The position numbers and the translations under genes were made by a program. Below the pieces are notes generated by a model. The model worked only from the letters and a program-made list of their open reading frames with translations. It was not told the origin of the DNA and searched no databases. Source: Chiloscyllium plagiosum (lineage: Eukaryota). From it: DNA of 64,000 bases. Within the stretch, counting starts at the first letter, position 1. Each line of letters opens with the position of its first letter. The stretch spans positions 13,112,224-13,176,223 of the forward strand of contig NC_057754.1 of the NCBI RefSeq assembly GCF_004010195.1, in the 5' to 3' direction. This document shows, in pieces, positions 23,227 to 37,219 of this stretch.

Positions 23227-24032
23227 TTGCTTTTTATTGCTTGGCCAATCATCTCTTAGCAAAGAATTTTTTCCTTTCCCCATGTGGTCTTGTGTTGCAT
23301 ATTAATCTTTTGTGAAGCACATTACGCACTGCTATCTGAAATTCAGATATAATACATCTATATGATCCACATTATCAACCTTGTTTGTCCCTTATTTAAG
23401 AAAGCTAGTCAAATCATTCAAACATGATTTAACTTTCATAAAACTGTGTTGACTGTGCTGGATTGTGGCTTGACTTTGAAAATCTCTTATTATTAATTCC
23501 TTCATAACGTATTTGAATAATTTGCCTTCAATACCAATAGATGTCTCACTACTTTTCATTCCCTAGTGAAGCTGGTTATTCTAAGTTCTTTGCTTTCTGT
23601 AACCTCTATGTTGCCTTTCACAACTCCCGTGTAACAGGCACAAGGTTGTAAAGAATCTCCTCCAATTGCTGCGTAAGAGGCATGAGTGGCTGATTTGACT
23701 CATTCTGTTCCTGCTTGACACACTCACTAGGCTGAATGCTCTACTGGTGTTCCTACATTATTGTCTCGATAGTGTGCATGTCCTGCTCCTGTTCCTGACC
23801 AACCGTTCAAGATCTCAATGCCTTCCTCCTTTCGCTCAATGACAGTTTCGGGGACTTATGGAATCTCCCTGCTCAAATGTCATTTTTCAAGAGCTGAAAT
23901 ATGTAGGCAAGTTGTGTTGCTCACACTGGGTAGCTCAGTTGTGAACACTGGTGCTTGACGGCACCAGAGATTCGTGTTCAATTACAGTCTCCAATTTCCT
24001 CCCACAGTCCCAAGATATGCAGATTTGGTGGA

Positions 24033-24800
24033 TTGGCGAATACACTGTATAGGTGTTCTTCTTCCTGTTTTGGCAGTTCTGGTGAACTGCAGTGTGTGCT
24101 GTGGCCCTTTTGGACAGTGTCTTGATGCAACTTTTTTTGTGTGTGTTGGGGTGGTTGTTTTTGTAGTTTAGGACTTGGTCTGTGTGTGTGGCTTTCCTGT
24201 ATACCTTTGTGGTAAATTCTCCGTTCAGTGTTCTCTGTACCATCACGTCTAGGAATGGGAGTTGGTTGTCCTTTTCTTCTTCTCAAGTGAATTCATTATG
24301 TATTCGCCAAAAACGGATAATGCAAGGACTGCGCAAAACACTACATAGGACAAACAGGAAGACAGCTAATGATCCACATCCATGAACACCAACTAGCCAC
24401 GAAACGACACGACCAGCTATCCTTAGTAGCCACACACGCAGATGGCAAGCAACATGAATTCGACTGGGACAACACTACTATTATAGGACAAGCCAAACAG
24501 AGAACAGCCAGGGAATTCCTAGAGGCATGGCACTCATCCACAGATTCCATCAATAAGCACATCGACCTGGACCCAATATACTGGCCACTGCAACGGACAG
24601 CTGGAACTGACAACCGGAAGTGGCAGGTTCAAACCACTACAAATGCCGGAGGAAAGATCACAGAAGCGCTTCACAGGAGGCTCCCAAGCACTGAGGATGA
24701 AACCTAGACAGGAGACGAAACGTCTGCAATACAAATTCCCAGCTCGGCGAACAGAACAACAATAACGAGCACCCGAGCTACAAATCTTTTCACAAACTTT
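24033..24800 (+). mobile_element. Penelope-like element with an inverted 5' part
   Basis: Minus 24033-24290 has LPFLDV...VYRKATHTDQVLNY..NHP (RT thumb). Plus 24320-24600 has CKDCAKHYIGQTGR..HEH...REFLEAW...IN (GIY-YIG endonuclease). Confidence 0.92.
24688..24727 (+). ncRNA. Minimal hammerhead ribozyme motif
   Basis: GCA-CTGAGGA-T-GAAACCTAGACAGGAGAC-GAAA-CGTC-TGC. Helix I is GCA/TGC; stem II is partly mutated. Confidence 0.7.
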
Positions 24801-25049
24801 GGTTCCCATCAGGTTAGAGCAGTCTCAGCTCTCTGGGGGAATACACAGCATTGCTGAAAGATCATTGTCCTTCTTTATTCCACCAGAATAATGGGAGATC
24901 TGGTGATAATGTTACAATGACACTTGAGAAGAACAGGTAAGGTGTGGCAAGATAATGTCAATGCTGAGATATGCCTCGCGAAACATCTCGCCTGAATCTA
25001 CCATTAACCTCGCCAGACCCCACGTCACTCAGATTCCATACAGTCTGGC

Positions 25050-28000
25050 AAGGTGGAGCTTAGAAACAGCAAGGAGAAGCAAACATTGATGAGAGTTGTC
25101 TATCAATGTCAAAATCGTGATACAAATGTTGGGTATGGTCCAAAACAGGAAATTCGAAATACAAGTTTGTGGGTACTGCAGCAATAATGGACAGCTTCAA
25201 ATTACATCTAAGCAGTGTTCACCCAAGTGAATGTTAATGCTGGGAAAATGGATTTCATGAGCGCCTATGAGATGGGTTACTTTAACGATATGTTGAGCAC
25301 CGAGCTAGAGATCAGGGTGTTCTGGAATTGGTAATGTGTGATCAGAAGAGCTAATTGAAGATGTTGTTGTAAAGGAGTTTTTGGGAATAGTGATCTTAAT
25401 ATTTTGAATTTAAATGATATCTGAATAGAAAAGTGTTTTTTCCTTATATTACTGGTACATACCTCTGTCATGCAAGCCATTACGATGCAAGGATAGAGAT
25501 GGCTTCAGTGAATTTGAAAAGTGTTTTAAAATGATTTAATGTAAAACAGGCAATGTCTGTTATTTATACAACCACTATAAGGTCTGTAAGAACATTCTCG
25601 AAATTAATCCCTCAGATGGCAAGATTGTCTGATGAGACAACTCCGCCTGTGTTCCAGAGAGTTTCAGAGAATGAGAGGTGATAGAAATTAAACTTTTAAA
25701 AACATGCACATAGAGGGGAGTGACGAAAATGTATATTGACAAGTGACAGCAAGATTAGCGAGAATCCCAAGATATTCACAAGGACATAAGCAGAACAGAA
25801 TAACCAGAGAACAATCGGGGCCCATTAGAAACCAAGGGAGCTATCTGTGTGTGAAGCTGGAGAAGATTGATAGATTGTGACATGAGAGCTTCACATCCAT
25901 TTTATTTGGAAGACGAAGGAGGCAACTGCACATTTCAAGAAGACTGGACTGTGAAGCTCTTAAACAGATTGTTATAAGATGGGAGCAGGAAATGATGGTT
26001 TTGGCTGATACAAAATTGGACAAGTCCCCATCTCTGAAAAAAATGTGTCACAGGCTGCAGTGGGAGACAAGGGAGGAAGTACCCTGTCTCAAATGTTTAA
26101 GTGGAGTCTGATCACAGTGGAGGTGCCAGAGTAATGGACAGCACCCTTTACAGCAAGGTTTGGTGCAGGTAAACCTGACAACTACAGATCAGTGAGTATC
26201 AGATCAGTATCATGGAAACTATTGGAGAAAGCAGAAAATGAGACAATTAATCTTCATTGAGAGAGGCAATATTTGATCAGGGATAGTCAGCATGAAGTTC
26301 TCAGAGGGTAGTCATGCCGAGCGAATTTTATTGAATTTATTCGAGGAGGTCGTTTATATGTTTTTCTTTTCAGCAACACCTTTGACAAAGCCTCACATGT
26401 GAAAGCGATAAAGAACGTACAATCTCATGGTATCAAGGGTAATTTGGTACGTGACATTCAAACAGTCTTAGAGGCAGGAGAAAGAGGGTGGTGGGAGAAT
26501 TCTGTTTGGATGAATGGAGAACAGTGACCCGTGGTGTACCCCAGGGATAAGTGCTCTATCTCTTATTGCTTGTGGTATTCATAAATAATGTAGATGTGAA
26601 TGTGGAGGGGGTAGGGAGAGTGTGAAAAATAAGTGTATCTTTGACACAAAGATTGGCCGGGTGCTTGGCAGTGAGCGGTAAGGTCTTATGTTCTAGGAAG
26701 ATACAGATGGAATGGTGAGATGGGCAGATAAATGGCAGATGGAATGTAACCCTGATAAATATGAGGTGATGGCAAAGACCAGTGGGAAACTAAAAACCTG
26801 AGAAAACTGTAAAGGTCAAAAAGCAATAAAAAAAAACTATCAAGAAACTTAAGACAGATTATGAGAGTAAACTACCTGAGAATATAAAGATAGCAAAGGA
26901 TTCTATAAATATATAAATGAAAAGAATGGCTAAGGTAATCAGTGTTCCTTTAGAGGGTGAGAAGGTGGAAGCAATAATGGGATATGAGGAAATGGCCGAT
27001 ATTTTATCAATCTTCACAGTGAGGGACACGAATAACATGCCAGTAATTGTCAAAGAGAGGAAGGTAGGTGAGGACCTGGAAACAACCATTCCCACGAGAG
27101 AGATAGCATTGGGCAAGCTAATGGATCTAAATGTAGGTAAGTCACCTGGCCCTGATGGAATGCATTCCAGGGTTCTAACAGAGGTGATGGGAGAAATAGC
27201 AAATGCAGTTATGGAATTTTTTTCTACATTCACTGTACTCTGATGCAGTTACAGCAGATTGGGAAACAGGAGATCAGAATCTACTGTTTGAAAAGGGAGG
27301 TAGATAAAATGTGGGGACTTATAGACCAACTAGCTTAACATGTTCAATGGGGAAAATACTTCAGTCTGTAATCAAGGAATGAATAGCACTCATCTTGATA
27401 GAAATTGTCCCTTTGGGCAGACACAGCATCAGTTCGTGAAAGGCAGGTCATGCTTAACTAATCTACTGGAAATCTATGAAGACATTATGAACACGGCGAC
27501 CCAGTAGATGTGGTGTACTGAGATTTACAAAGAAACATTCAACGCAGTGCCGCCAAAACGGCTGCTGCATAATGTAATGATGAGTGGCGCTATGGGTAAT
27601 GCATTAACGTGGGTAGAGGATTGGTTAACTACAAAGAAGCAAAGCATTGAAATAAATGAGTGTTTTTCTGGCTGCTGTTCAGTGACCAGTGGTGTGCCCC
27701 AGGGATCAGTGCTGGGACCGCAATTATTCACAGATTAAATGGACGAATTGGAGTTGGGGGACCACGTGTAGTGTCTGAAAGATTGCAGATGATGTAAAAA
27801 TGAGTGGCAGAGCAAAGTGTGCAGCGGACTGATAAACTTTACAAAGGGATATAAATAGTTTACGTGGGTGGGCAACGGTCTGGAAGATAGATTACAATGA
27901 TAATAAATGTGAAGTCATCCATTTTGGTAGGAATAACACTGAAAAGGAGTATAACTTCAACGGTAAAAGAAAATGCAGCATGCATCTGTGCAGAGGGACC

Positions 28001-29120
28001 TGGATGTCTTTGTGCATGAATCGCAGAGGTTGGACTGCAGGTGCAACAGGTAATCAACAAAGCAAATGGAATTGTGTCCTTCATTGCAAAAAGAATTGAG
28101 TTTAAACACAGCATGGTTATGTTTCAGCTGGACAGAGTGCTGTTGAGGTCGCACCTGCAATATTGTGTGCAGTTTTGGTCTCCCTACTTGAGAAAGCATG
28201 AGCTGGCATTACAATGGATGCAGAGGAGGTTCGCTAGGTTGGTTCCGGAATTGAAGAGGTTCGCTTATGAGGAGACACTGAGTAGACTGTGACGCTGTGT
28301 ACTTTGGTGGGAACAATCGAACAGCAACCTATCATTTGAAAAGTGATTGGTTGAAACATGCTGATCTTTATGGGTTTTATGTTTTTTTTGTTTCTTCTGC
28401 TCAGACTTCTGAGGTCCATGCAGGGCAGTGTGTTATGAAGCCAGAAGTCAATACCCCTGGGAATGGCATTGGCAACTAACCAGTGTACATAGACACAACA
28501 AGTAGATAGCTGTAACATTGAAAAGGTTCTGGATCTCTCTGTACACCAGCCATGAAAGCAATATTGCAGACACACAAAGCAGGTGGGAAGGTAAAAAATG
28601 TGCTGACCATCATTTCAAGGGGATTTGAGTACAGGAGTAAGGATGTCTTACTGAAAGTGTACAGGGATTTGATGAGACCCCATCTCGAACATTGTGCAGT
28701 GTTGTGTGCGGTTTTGGTCTCCTTACCTAATAAGGGACAAACCTGATATTGGGGGACAGCAGCGAAGGATGACCAGACTGATCTCTGGGATGACAGGCTT
28801 GTTGTGGGAGCAGAGTTTGGGACGACTGAGCCTGTATTACATGTGGTTTAGGAAAATGAGTGGAGATCTCAGTGAAATATATAAAACACTGGCCGGGTGA
28901 GACAGATTGGAATCAGGGCTGACAATTCACCTGGCTCGGACATCTAAAACAAGGGGTGCACAGTATTAGATACAGGCACTTTAAACTGTATTGAGATAAG
29001 AATGCATGTCTGCACTTACAGACTGGTAAACCTGGGGAATTTTCTCCCACATAAGGCTGTGGAAGACAAGACACTGAAGATAAATAAGGATTTCTAGACA
29101 CTAAAGGGATCAGGAAACAG
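25050..29120 (+). mobile_element. Stack of decayed CR1 fragments (at least three elements)
   Basis: Repeated RT motifs (KSPGPDG, GVPQGSVLGP, HLQYCVQFWSP, RFWSPYL) restarting at ~25710, ~26775 and ~28290. Confidence 0.85.
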
Positions 29121-29319
29121 CTGGTGTACGGTTGTCACAAGCTCAGCGATATTAGGAAAGAGGTTTCTGCAGAGTCAACAGGACTGTGTTTCCCGTCCCC
29201 TTTTCTCACACTGAGGCTGCAGCTGGGTGTTCCGTCAGTTTTACCCTTCCAAACCTCGGAGCACTTCAATACACTTTAGTATCTTGCTTGACCGGTTTAG
29301 AGACCATTGAAAAGTTTAT

Positions 29320-29585
29320 CACATGCCTGTGTGTCTGGAATCACTTTTAGGCCAGATCAGGAATGTATGGAATTCACCAGATCAGAATTCACTTCCTGAA
29401 AGTACATTGTAGCAGCAAATTGAAGTTTGCTATCGACATTGATTTCAGGGTCACCATGACTGACACCAGATTTTAGATCGCGATACTTTATTAATGGTTT
29501 TTAACTTCCACCAGCTTCCAGAGCATTAGCCTGCTCTGGATTAGTAATTCAGTGACATTTCCACAACAGCACCATATCCACATTG
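29320..29585 (-). mobile_element. tRNA-derived SINE (second family), decayed; paralog at ~54120-54385
   Basis: Reverse of the head seen at 40385 (CTGGATTAGTAATTCAGTGACATT...CACCATATCC). Confidence 0.6.
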
Positions 29586-29589
29586 GGGC

Positions 29590-30420
29590 CAATCGAAAAC
29601 CACACTGAGCTGGTTATTTCTATGCTGCTTGACAGATATGTCAAAATAAACTCTTAATAATTTGACTGTCGTGATGGGATTGAGGGAGTAGTAATTGGTC
29701 AGATTGCAAGTATTCCACTCTTAGAAAACTGGAGGTAGCTGAGGAACTTTCCACTTTGACAGGGAAATGTCAGAGTTGAAGCTGGAATGAAACAGCTTCC
29801 CCCAGGACACGGCTTGTTGTTCAGCACAAGTCTTCGGTCAGGAATGGGGTCAGGACCCATTGCTTTTGACGTATCTACTGTGTTCAGCTGTTTCTTCGTA
29901 TCACGTGCAGCAAATCGAATTGATTCTGTGGGCATCATGATGAGGGTGAAGTGGATCATCCACTCAACACGTCTGGCTGAGGATAATGCAGATATTACAT
30001 CCTCATCCTTTATACCGATGTACAGAGCTGTTCCGTTATTTAGGATTAAAGATATTTGTGGAGTTCTCTCCTCCAGTGAGTTGTTTCATGGTCCATCGCC
30101 ACTTATGACTGAATGTGGCAGGACTGTTGGCCTGTTGGTCCTGGGATCATTGCACCCTGTCTATCAGTTGTCAGTTTGACTGTTTTAATGCAAGCAGTCA
30201 GTTATGGTTGCTTTAGCGAGTTGTCATCAGGTTGAGGTGATGGCAACCTGATGACATGGTTCTGACATTGGCAAGTTCATCCATACATCACTGAACCATA
30301 GATTGGCTTGGTGGTAATGATAGACTGAGGGATTATCCCAGACAAAACGTTACAGATAGAAGTTGTATATAATTCTGCTCCTGCTGCTGCTGCAGTGCTC
30401 CACAGCATCACTTCAATGTC
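29590..30420 (-). mobile_element. L2/CR1-group LINE (second family) fragment; paralog at ~54400-55200
   Basis: Minus-strand LNTVDTSKAMGPDPIP, homologous to ~50930-50980. Confidence 0.75.
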
Positions 30421-30539
30421 AAGAATTCTCTGTTAAGAAAGTTCAGAAAGTTAGATCATTGAAAGCATTTTCAGAGGAATTTTCACTCGGAAATGAATTG
30501 AGGGCAATGAAGAATTAGTGAAGAAAGAGGATGTGTAGA

Positions 30540-31980
30540 GTCATCGACTCTTAGAGTCATACAATGTGCAAACAGACCGTTTTGCCAAACTCGTCCATGC
30601 TCTCCAAGTTTCCTAAACTGAAACAGTTTTTTTTTCGCTTGGCACAGACCCCTCCAAACCTTTCCTATTCATGTACACATCCAATTGTCTTTGAAATGTT
30701 GTAATTATCCTCACCACTACGGCTTCCTCTGACAGCTTGCTACATATATACATCACACTTTGTGTGAAATGACTGCCTTTTAAATCTTTTCCCTCTCACC
30801 TTAAACCTATCCTCTCTGATTTTGGACACCCCGACCCTGGGGACAAGACCTTGGATATTCATCCTATCCATGCCTCTCATGATTTAATAAACATATATAA
30901 AGTCACCCATTAGGCTCCTACACAATAGGAACAAAATCCCTGCCTCACCATATATATGAAAACCTTGCGTCTCCGTCACATCATTTTAAATATTTTTGCA
31001 CCCTTTCCAGTTTATGACATCCTTCTTATAGCAAGGCGACAAGAATCGTACTCAGTACTCCAAATGTGGCCTTACCACATGATGTCCCAATTCCGATAGT
31101 CAATGATCTGACCGATGAAGGTAAGCGTGCCTAACGCTTTCTTCACCGCCCTGTCTACCTGTGACTCCATTTTCAATGAACTTTCTACCTGCACCCTGGG
31201 TCTCTCTGTTTGACAACATGCCCCAGCGCCCTACCGTTTAATGTGTAAATTCTGCTCTGGCTTGTCTAACAAAATTCAATACCTCACATTTATATGCATG
31301 AAGCTCCAACTGCCAATCCTTGGCCCACTGGCTCAGTTGATCGAAATCTCATTGTTCTCTAAGATAACCTTCTTCACTGTCCACTGTAAAATCAATTTTG
31401 GGGATTTCGTCTACAAACTTACTTTCCATGGTTCCTACATTCGAATCCAAATTATTTACAAAAACAATGAACAACAGCAGTCTGGTCCTTGTGGCACACC
31501 ACTGGTCACAGATCTCCAATTGGATCAAGAAATCTTTCCCAGCACGTTCTGTTTCATACTATCAAGCCAATGTTGTATCTAGTTGGCTAATTCTTCCGGA
31601 TCCCCTGTGATCTAAACTTATTAACCCGGCTACCGTGCGGAACATTGTTGGACCTCACTAACGTAATCGTAGACAACATCTGCTGCTGTACCTTCATCTA
31701 GCTTCCCGATCATCTATTCAAAAACATCAATATAGTTTGTGAGACACGTTTTCCAGACACAAAGCCATGCACACTATACCTAACCAGTCCTTGCCTTTCC
31801 AAATGCATTTACATCCTGTCTGTCAGAATCTCCTACGAACATTTACCCACCCTTGACATCAGACTCGCCGGTCTGTAGTCCCCTGGCTTTTCCTTGCAGG
31901 CTTGTTAAAAGTAATGTAACGACATTAGCTGACTGGCCGTTCGCCAGCACCTCACCGCTGGCTGTTAATGATATGAATAA
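30540..31980 (-). mobile_element. CR1 LINE 3' half
   Basis: AGAGTCAT-type tail (reverse strand) and plus CAGTACTCCAAATGTGGCCTTACC (VRPHLEY). Confidence 0.85.
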
Positions 31981-32054
31981 GAAAGTCAAGAGAACTGCAG
32001 ATTTTGCAAACTCAGAAACAAAGACAGAACGTGCTGAAAAAGCTGAGAAATCAG

Positions 32055-32730
32055 ATAAATTTAAATCTGCAACAGAGAAAATCCGTAACCTGTGCTGTAA
32101 TCTGCTAAACTTCGAGAGGCCAAGTACTATCCTAAAGAAAGTAAAAATTAACAATTTTATTATTTTAAAATCTAACAGTGAATAACTAACTAACAATTAT
32201 TTGGAACTTCTTTCTCTGACCTTCTACTTGCCCTTCCACAATACTGGTCCAATTAAAACACCCCAATTAAGATTTACCAAAAGATTCAAATTTCAGAACT
32301 GACAAACCCTCTCTTTGAGTCTTCCTCTGTCTTCTCTTCTCCTTAGTTTTTCTGTTTCACAGCTCATTGATAAATAAAAGTGAATTTAAGAGAGCTATTC
32401 TCCAGGCAGTCTGCAGATGTTGGTCGCTTGGCAGCTCTTCAGCAACTGTTCATTTTTTTTGACTTTATACCCCCAAAGTATTTGATCGCTTCATCTTTTT
32501 TTAATATCGTCAAAATACCAAATTCAAACTCGATTGGCGTTTAATATCTTGGAGCATAATGTAAACTGATTGGTCGAATTTGAATTTTTTGTCTTGTAAG
32601 AACCCAGGTACTGCCAGCTGCTCTTCCAAATGTTACATTATAAATTTTCCACAATTCGCTGTCCTTGCTAAATCCTTCAACTCTATTAAAAGTACAGTAT
32701 CCGTTACACGTTCATAACACCTTCCCTTTC
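32055..32730 (-). repeat. Polypurine tract plus 3' LTR of gypsy element 1 (distal end lost)
   Basis: GAAAGGGAAGG (plus 32720-32730) directly before TGTTATGAA. Shares ACAATACTGGTCCAAT and TTTATACCCC blocks with the 5' LTR. Confidence 0.8.
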
Positions 32731-33691
32731 AAAAAAAGAAGAACCATCATAATGAAAACATGGTTTCCTTTTTTTCTTTTCTTTAACCACATTACCACAA
32801 CATACAGATAACTTAAATCTAAGTTCACTTTAACTTCTTCCCATATACCAATATACAACATTGGATAACAGTAAATCTCATCTTAATTTTATCAATTCAG
32901 TCCATGATAAGGTATTTGTGATTACATTCTAACAACACGCTACATGTATGATTTTTAAATTACACGTCTGTAACATAAGACTCCAATGAAATAATCTTGC
33001 AAGCGTTCTAAGCACGAAAGCAGATTGGGATCTGTGCATACAACCATCTCCAACAAATTATTCATGACAGACACAATAAAATGTCGTAAGGCTAGTACCG
33101 AACTCAATAGTTAATTTTCAATCGTGGAATATTTCCTTTGATGGATGTTGATTTTCTTTGAAAAGTACAATCCCATCCGCATCCTCCTGTAGTAGTACAG
33201 CTCCAACTCCTATGTCGCCAGCATCGTTGGCAAGTTCGAAAGGTTTCAAAACGTTTGGTGCAGCTGAAACTGGTTTGGTGGTCAATATTGCTTTGGAATG
33301 GTCGAATACCTCCTGACATTGTTCTGTTCACTGAAACTTTGTGTTCTTATTCAGCAAATCGGTTAACGATGTCAATGCAGTGCTGAAGTTTGGAACACAC
33401 TCCTGATAGGGTCCGCTGAGTCCTAAGAAGTTAAACACCTCTTTATTCGAGGTTGGTTGCGGAAATTCCTCGCTAACTTTCTTCTTTGCATTCCATGTGG
33501 TCAAAATTCCATTATCGATATTTTGTCCAAAGAACACCACATCTGCTTTCGCAAATTCAGTTTTGTTTAATTTTATTCCCAGTTTTCCTTCTCGTATTCA
33601 TTTAAAGAGCACTGCCAACTGTACCAAGTGATCTTTCCAGAACTTACTAAAGATCACTACATCATTCAAATGGACTGTACAGTTTATTAGT

Positions 33692-34000
33692 GGGCGGCAC
33701 GGTGGCACAGTGGTTCGCACTGCTGCCTCACAGCGCCAGAGACCAGGGTTCAATTCCCGCCTCAGGCGACTGACTGTGTGGAGTTTGCACGTTCTCCCCG
33801 TGTCTGCGTGGGTTTCCTCCGGGTGCTCCGGTTTCCTCCCACAGTCCAAAGAAGTGCAGGATCAGGTGAATTGGCCATGCTAGTAGTGTTAAGTAAGGGG
33901 TAAATGTAGGGGTATGGGTGGGTTTCGCTTCGGCGGGTCGGTGTGGACTTGTTGGGCCGAAGGGCCTTTTTCCACACTGTAATGTAATGTAAAAAAAAAT
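33692..34000 (+). mobile_element. HE1-like V-SINE inserted in the gypsy RT
   Basis: GGGCGGCACGGTGGCACAGTGG head, V-domain and TGTAATGTAATGTA(A)n tail. Splits RVAAGL from NCTVHLND. Confidence 0.92.
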
Positions 34001-37000
34001 GTAACCCAGCCGCAACTCTGTACTTGAATCTTTGGAATGTGGCAGGCGCATTCTTCATTCGAAAGGGGATCACTTTAATTGATACACCCCATTTGGCGTT
34101 ACAATTCAGAAATTTCTTTCACTGTCTCTGATAAAGGTACCTGCCAGTATCCATACATTAAGTCCAACTTGGTGATGTAACTGACTTCTCCAATTTTCTC
34201 AATCTGATTTTGTAACAGTGTTGACCTTCTGATAATCCATGCAGAAGCATTGAGCCCCGTTTCGTTTGTGAACGAAGACGATCGTCGAGCTTCACTTGCT
34301 CGGGCTTGGTTCGATGATGTCCTCGTTGAGTATGGCCTCCACCTCCTTCTGGACGTGTTTGCCGTTGAATGATTAAGCCGATACTGGTGTTGTTTTACTG
34401 GAACAGTATTCCTACTTCATGTACAATAGCATTAGTCCTCCCCAAATGATTCTTTGATATATATCCACATATTGCAGTATCAAACATTTCAATTTTGTTC
34501 TGTGCCCCTGAGGCAGAACGTTTACGAATCTATCCCACTGATCAAGGACTTCTTAATTTTTATCATATTTTGAGGCACATCAAAATCCACAATATTTGGA
34601 TTTGATTCCTCACTCTGAGAGGCAGTAACTAACAACTGTTTTCCAGGTCTTTCTCTCCACTACTTTTCTGGAGGGGTCCAACACCCCCATTTATAACCTA
34701 CATGAAGGGATCTTCCAATATGGGAATTGGTAACAGTTTCATTGCTGCCTGTGGCCGATCTATCATTTGGCATGAATGACACGTAGGTCGAAAGTAAACC
34801 ACCTCTTTATGTGCATTCCAGGTCAATAAAAATGTTTTTGTCATTTAGCCTGAGTCTTTCGTACGCTGAGGTGACTTCCCACAGGTAGTTCATATGATAC
34901 CCATAACACTTCCTGTCTCTATGCTACCGGCAACACAATCTGGTGCACTTCGGCACATTTCTCCTCTGCACTAACCTGCTGTGGTCTCCATTTCTGTCTT
35001 AGGATTTTATCTTTCAGGTAGTAACTGTCAGGAATATTTCTGCCTCCTTTGCAAAGTACGCATCTGTTTTTCTGTTGCATGTCCCTTCGCGTTACAGGAC
35101 TAAACATCTCTGCCTGACCCTCTGTCTGTTCAGGTTTTCCCTGCACTCTTACGTCAAAAAGGGTGTCCGCCAACTGAACCTCACCTCCTTCACTTTTGTC
35201 TTTAGTTTGCACTTCGTGCAGTGACTCATGATAGTGGGATCTGGTTACTGCACAGTCTAGGAAAATACCAGGATATTTCTGTTTTAACTCCTCAGTTTCT
35301 TGGTCTTCCTTGGGCTTCTCCACAACAAGGGGTGTTGTTCCCAACTTGGACCCTGCTAAATGATTCTTAAGAACAAACTGGATTCCTGGAACTGACACGT
35401 TGTCAGTCACTTCCTCTATTACTTTCCCAGACTTGTGTAGGCACTCTAACCTGATCTTATGTAGAGGAACGCTAAATTTCTATCCATCATATCCACAACA
35501 TATGACACTCGGAACAGATCAGAAAGACTGCAAAATTGCTCATCACTTCCTATTAATAACTGGTTAGATCTACAACTTCTTCTCTTTCTCCCCCTGTTGT
35601 TACTGAGTAAACTTTACTCACAGAGGGGAATTCTATGTAGGGATCAGATACTAACTCCATTCTCAGGCTCTGCCTCGGCTGTGCACTATTGTACAATTCC
35701 TTGGCTGTTGTTGGGGTTTCCTTTTATACGTTCACTAATGCCACTGGCTTAGCTTCTTTTACCACGTCTTTTCCGACAGTGTCTTTCTTAAGACCAGACT
35801 GTTACCTTATGGCAGTGATATACCTTTTCCCAGTGCCCTTCTGAAACCACTGGCACTGTAATTTTCTGTGTCCCTGTCTATTTCAGTGAAAACACCTGAG
35901 GCCTTTCACCTCCTTTCCACCCTCTTGGGCATCTGCTTTAACCTGTGGTAAACTCTTATTCTCTACTCTTTCTTTTAGAGTGTAATATCTCCACTTCTCC
36001 CAAACTTCATCTCTCAGAGGATGAAATTATGGCTGGAAGCTTGGCTTATGCATCAACATGTATTCAGCTGCTAGTTGTCTTGCCCTTTTCAATTCCTAAA
36101 GTTTCTGTTCCTCCACGTGAATTATTATAATCTCTGGAATTGAGTTGTTCAACTCCTTCAGCAGAATAATCTCCATTGGAGCCTTATCGGTCACATCTAT
36201 CTTTAAAGCAAACATTCATTTTTTCAAACTCAACCTAAGTCTGATCTGGTCACTTCTTTATGTTTCCGTACTGCTGTCTATATGCTTCTGGTACCAATTC
36301 GTGAGCACTTAAAATAGCTTGTTTGACGTCTTCAGGGTCTCTTCACCGCTCGTCTGACAGCGGAGAAAATACATCACTCGCTGCCTACCAGTTTTATTCC
36401 GAACTAGCATTGACCATATATCCTTGGACAACTCCAAATACACAGCCAAGTTTTCAATGAAATAAAGAAGGCTTCAACATCTTTCACATCAAAATGTGGC
36501 AGAGTTTGACATAGTTATATGTATGACTAACTTCCCTTTTAATCTCCATCCTGGTAACTTGACTTTGCTGACTAAATCACAACCTCTAAAGTTCAAATTC
36601 TCTCTCTTTTTTTCTCAGCTAAATTCTTTCTCTCTCTTTTTCTCCCTTTCTTCTCTCTCTCTCTTTGCTCAGCTACGAACCTTCTCTTTCCCTTTTTCCT
36701 CTCTCTTTTCTCTCTTGCATTCTGCTTCTTCTCTATCTCTATTTCTCTCTCCCTTTGTTTATGTTAAATGCTCCATTTTCCTCAATTGTCATTTAAGTTT
36801 TTCTCATTCTACGAATAGCACTTATCTGTATCTCTGACACACCTTAGTGTTTGACTAATTCCCTGATAGTTTTAGCTTTACTTTTGTCCTTGGTTAAACA
36901 CCAACCTAAGTTCTTTGCTAATTCTAAAAGTTTGGCCTTTATCTTTCTTTCCAAACTTTCTTGGCAAATTTGAGAATCATCTTCAAACCCCTCTTAAATT

Positions 37001-37196
37001 TTTTAAGAGCCATTTCTTTCACTTTTAATTTAACCAACCATAAGTCATCGACATTAAACAAATTGTCTCACTGACGTTTTATTTCAATATCTCGGACACT
37101 AAAATGCAAATATTTAAATATGCTGTACTTTTCTCGTACCTCAAATCTATGCAAATCTGCCCAAATCACAGACTGGATCTATCTAAACCTGTTCAA

Positions 37197-37216
37197 ATCG
37201 CGGACGAAAGCCCCCA
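37197..37216 (-). promoter_or_regulatory. Primer-binding site, tRNA-Pro type
   Basis: TGGGGGCTTTCGTCCGCGAT, 3 nt after the LTR, vs canonical TGGGGGCTCGTCCGGGAT. Confidence 0.8.
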
Positions 37217-37219
37217 AAC

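Noticed and set aside
31843..32196. Overlapping 110-117-aa ORFs on both strands
   Set aside because: They span a CR1 / Penelope-terminus / LTR junction and are chance chimeric frames.
36496..36837. Hydrophobic F/S/L-rich ORF resembling a membrane protein
   Set aside because: It is the antisense of the GA-rich (E/R/K) coiled-coil segment of gypsy gag.
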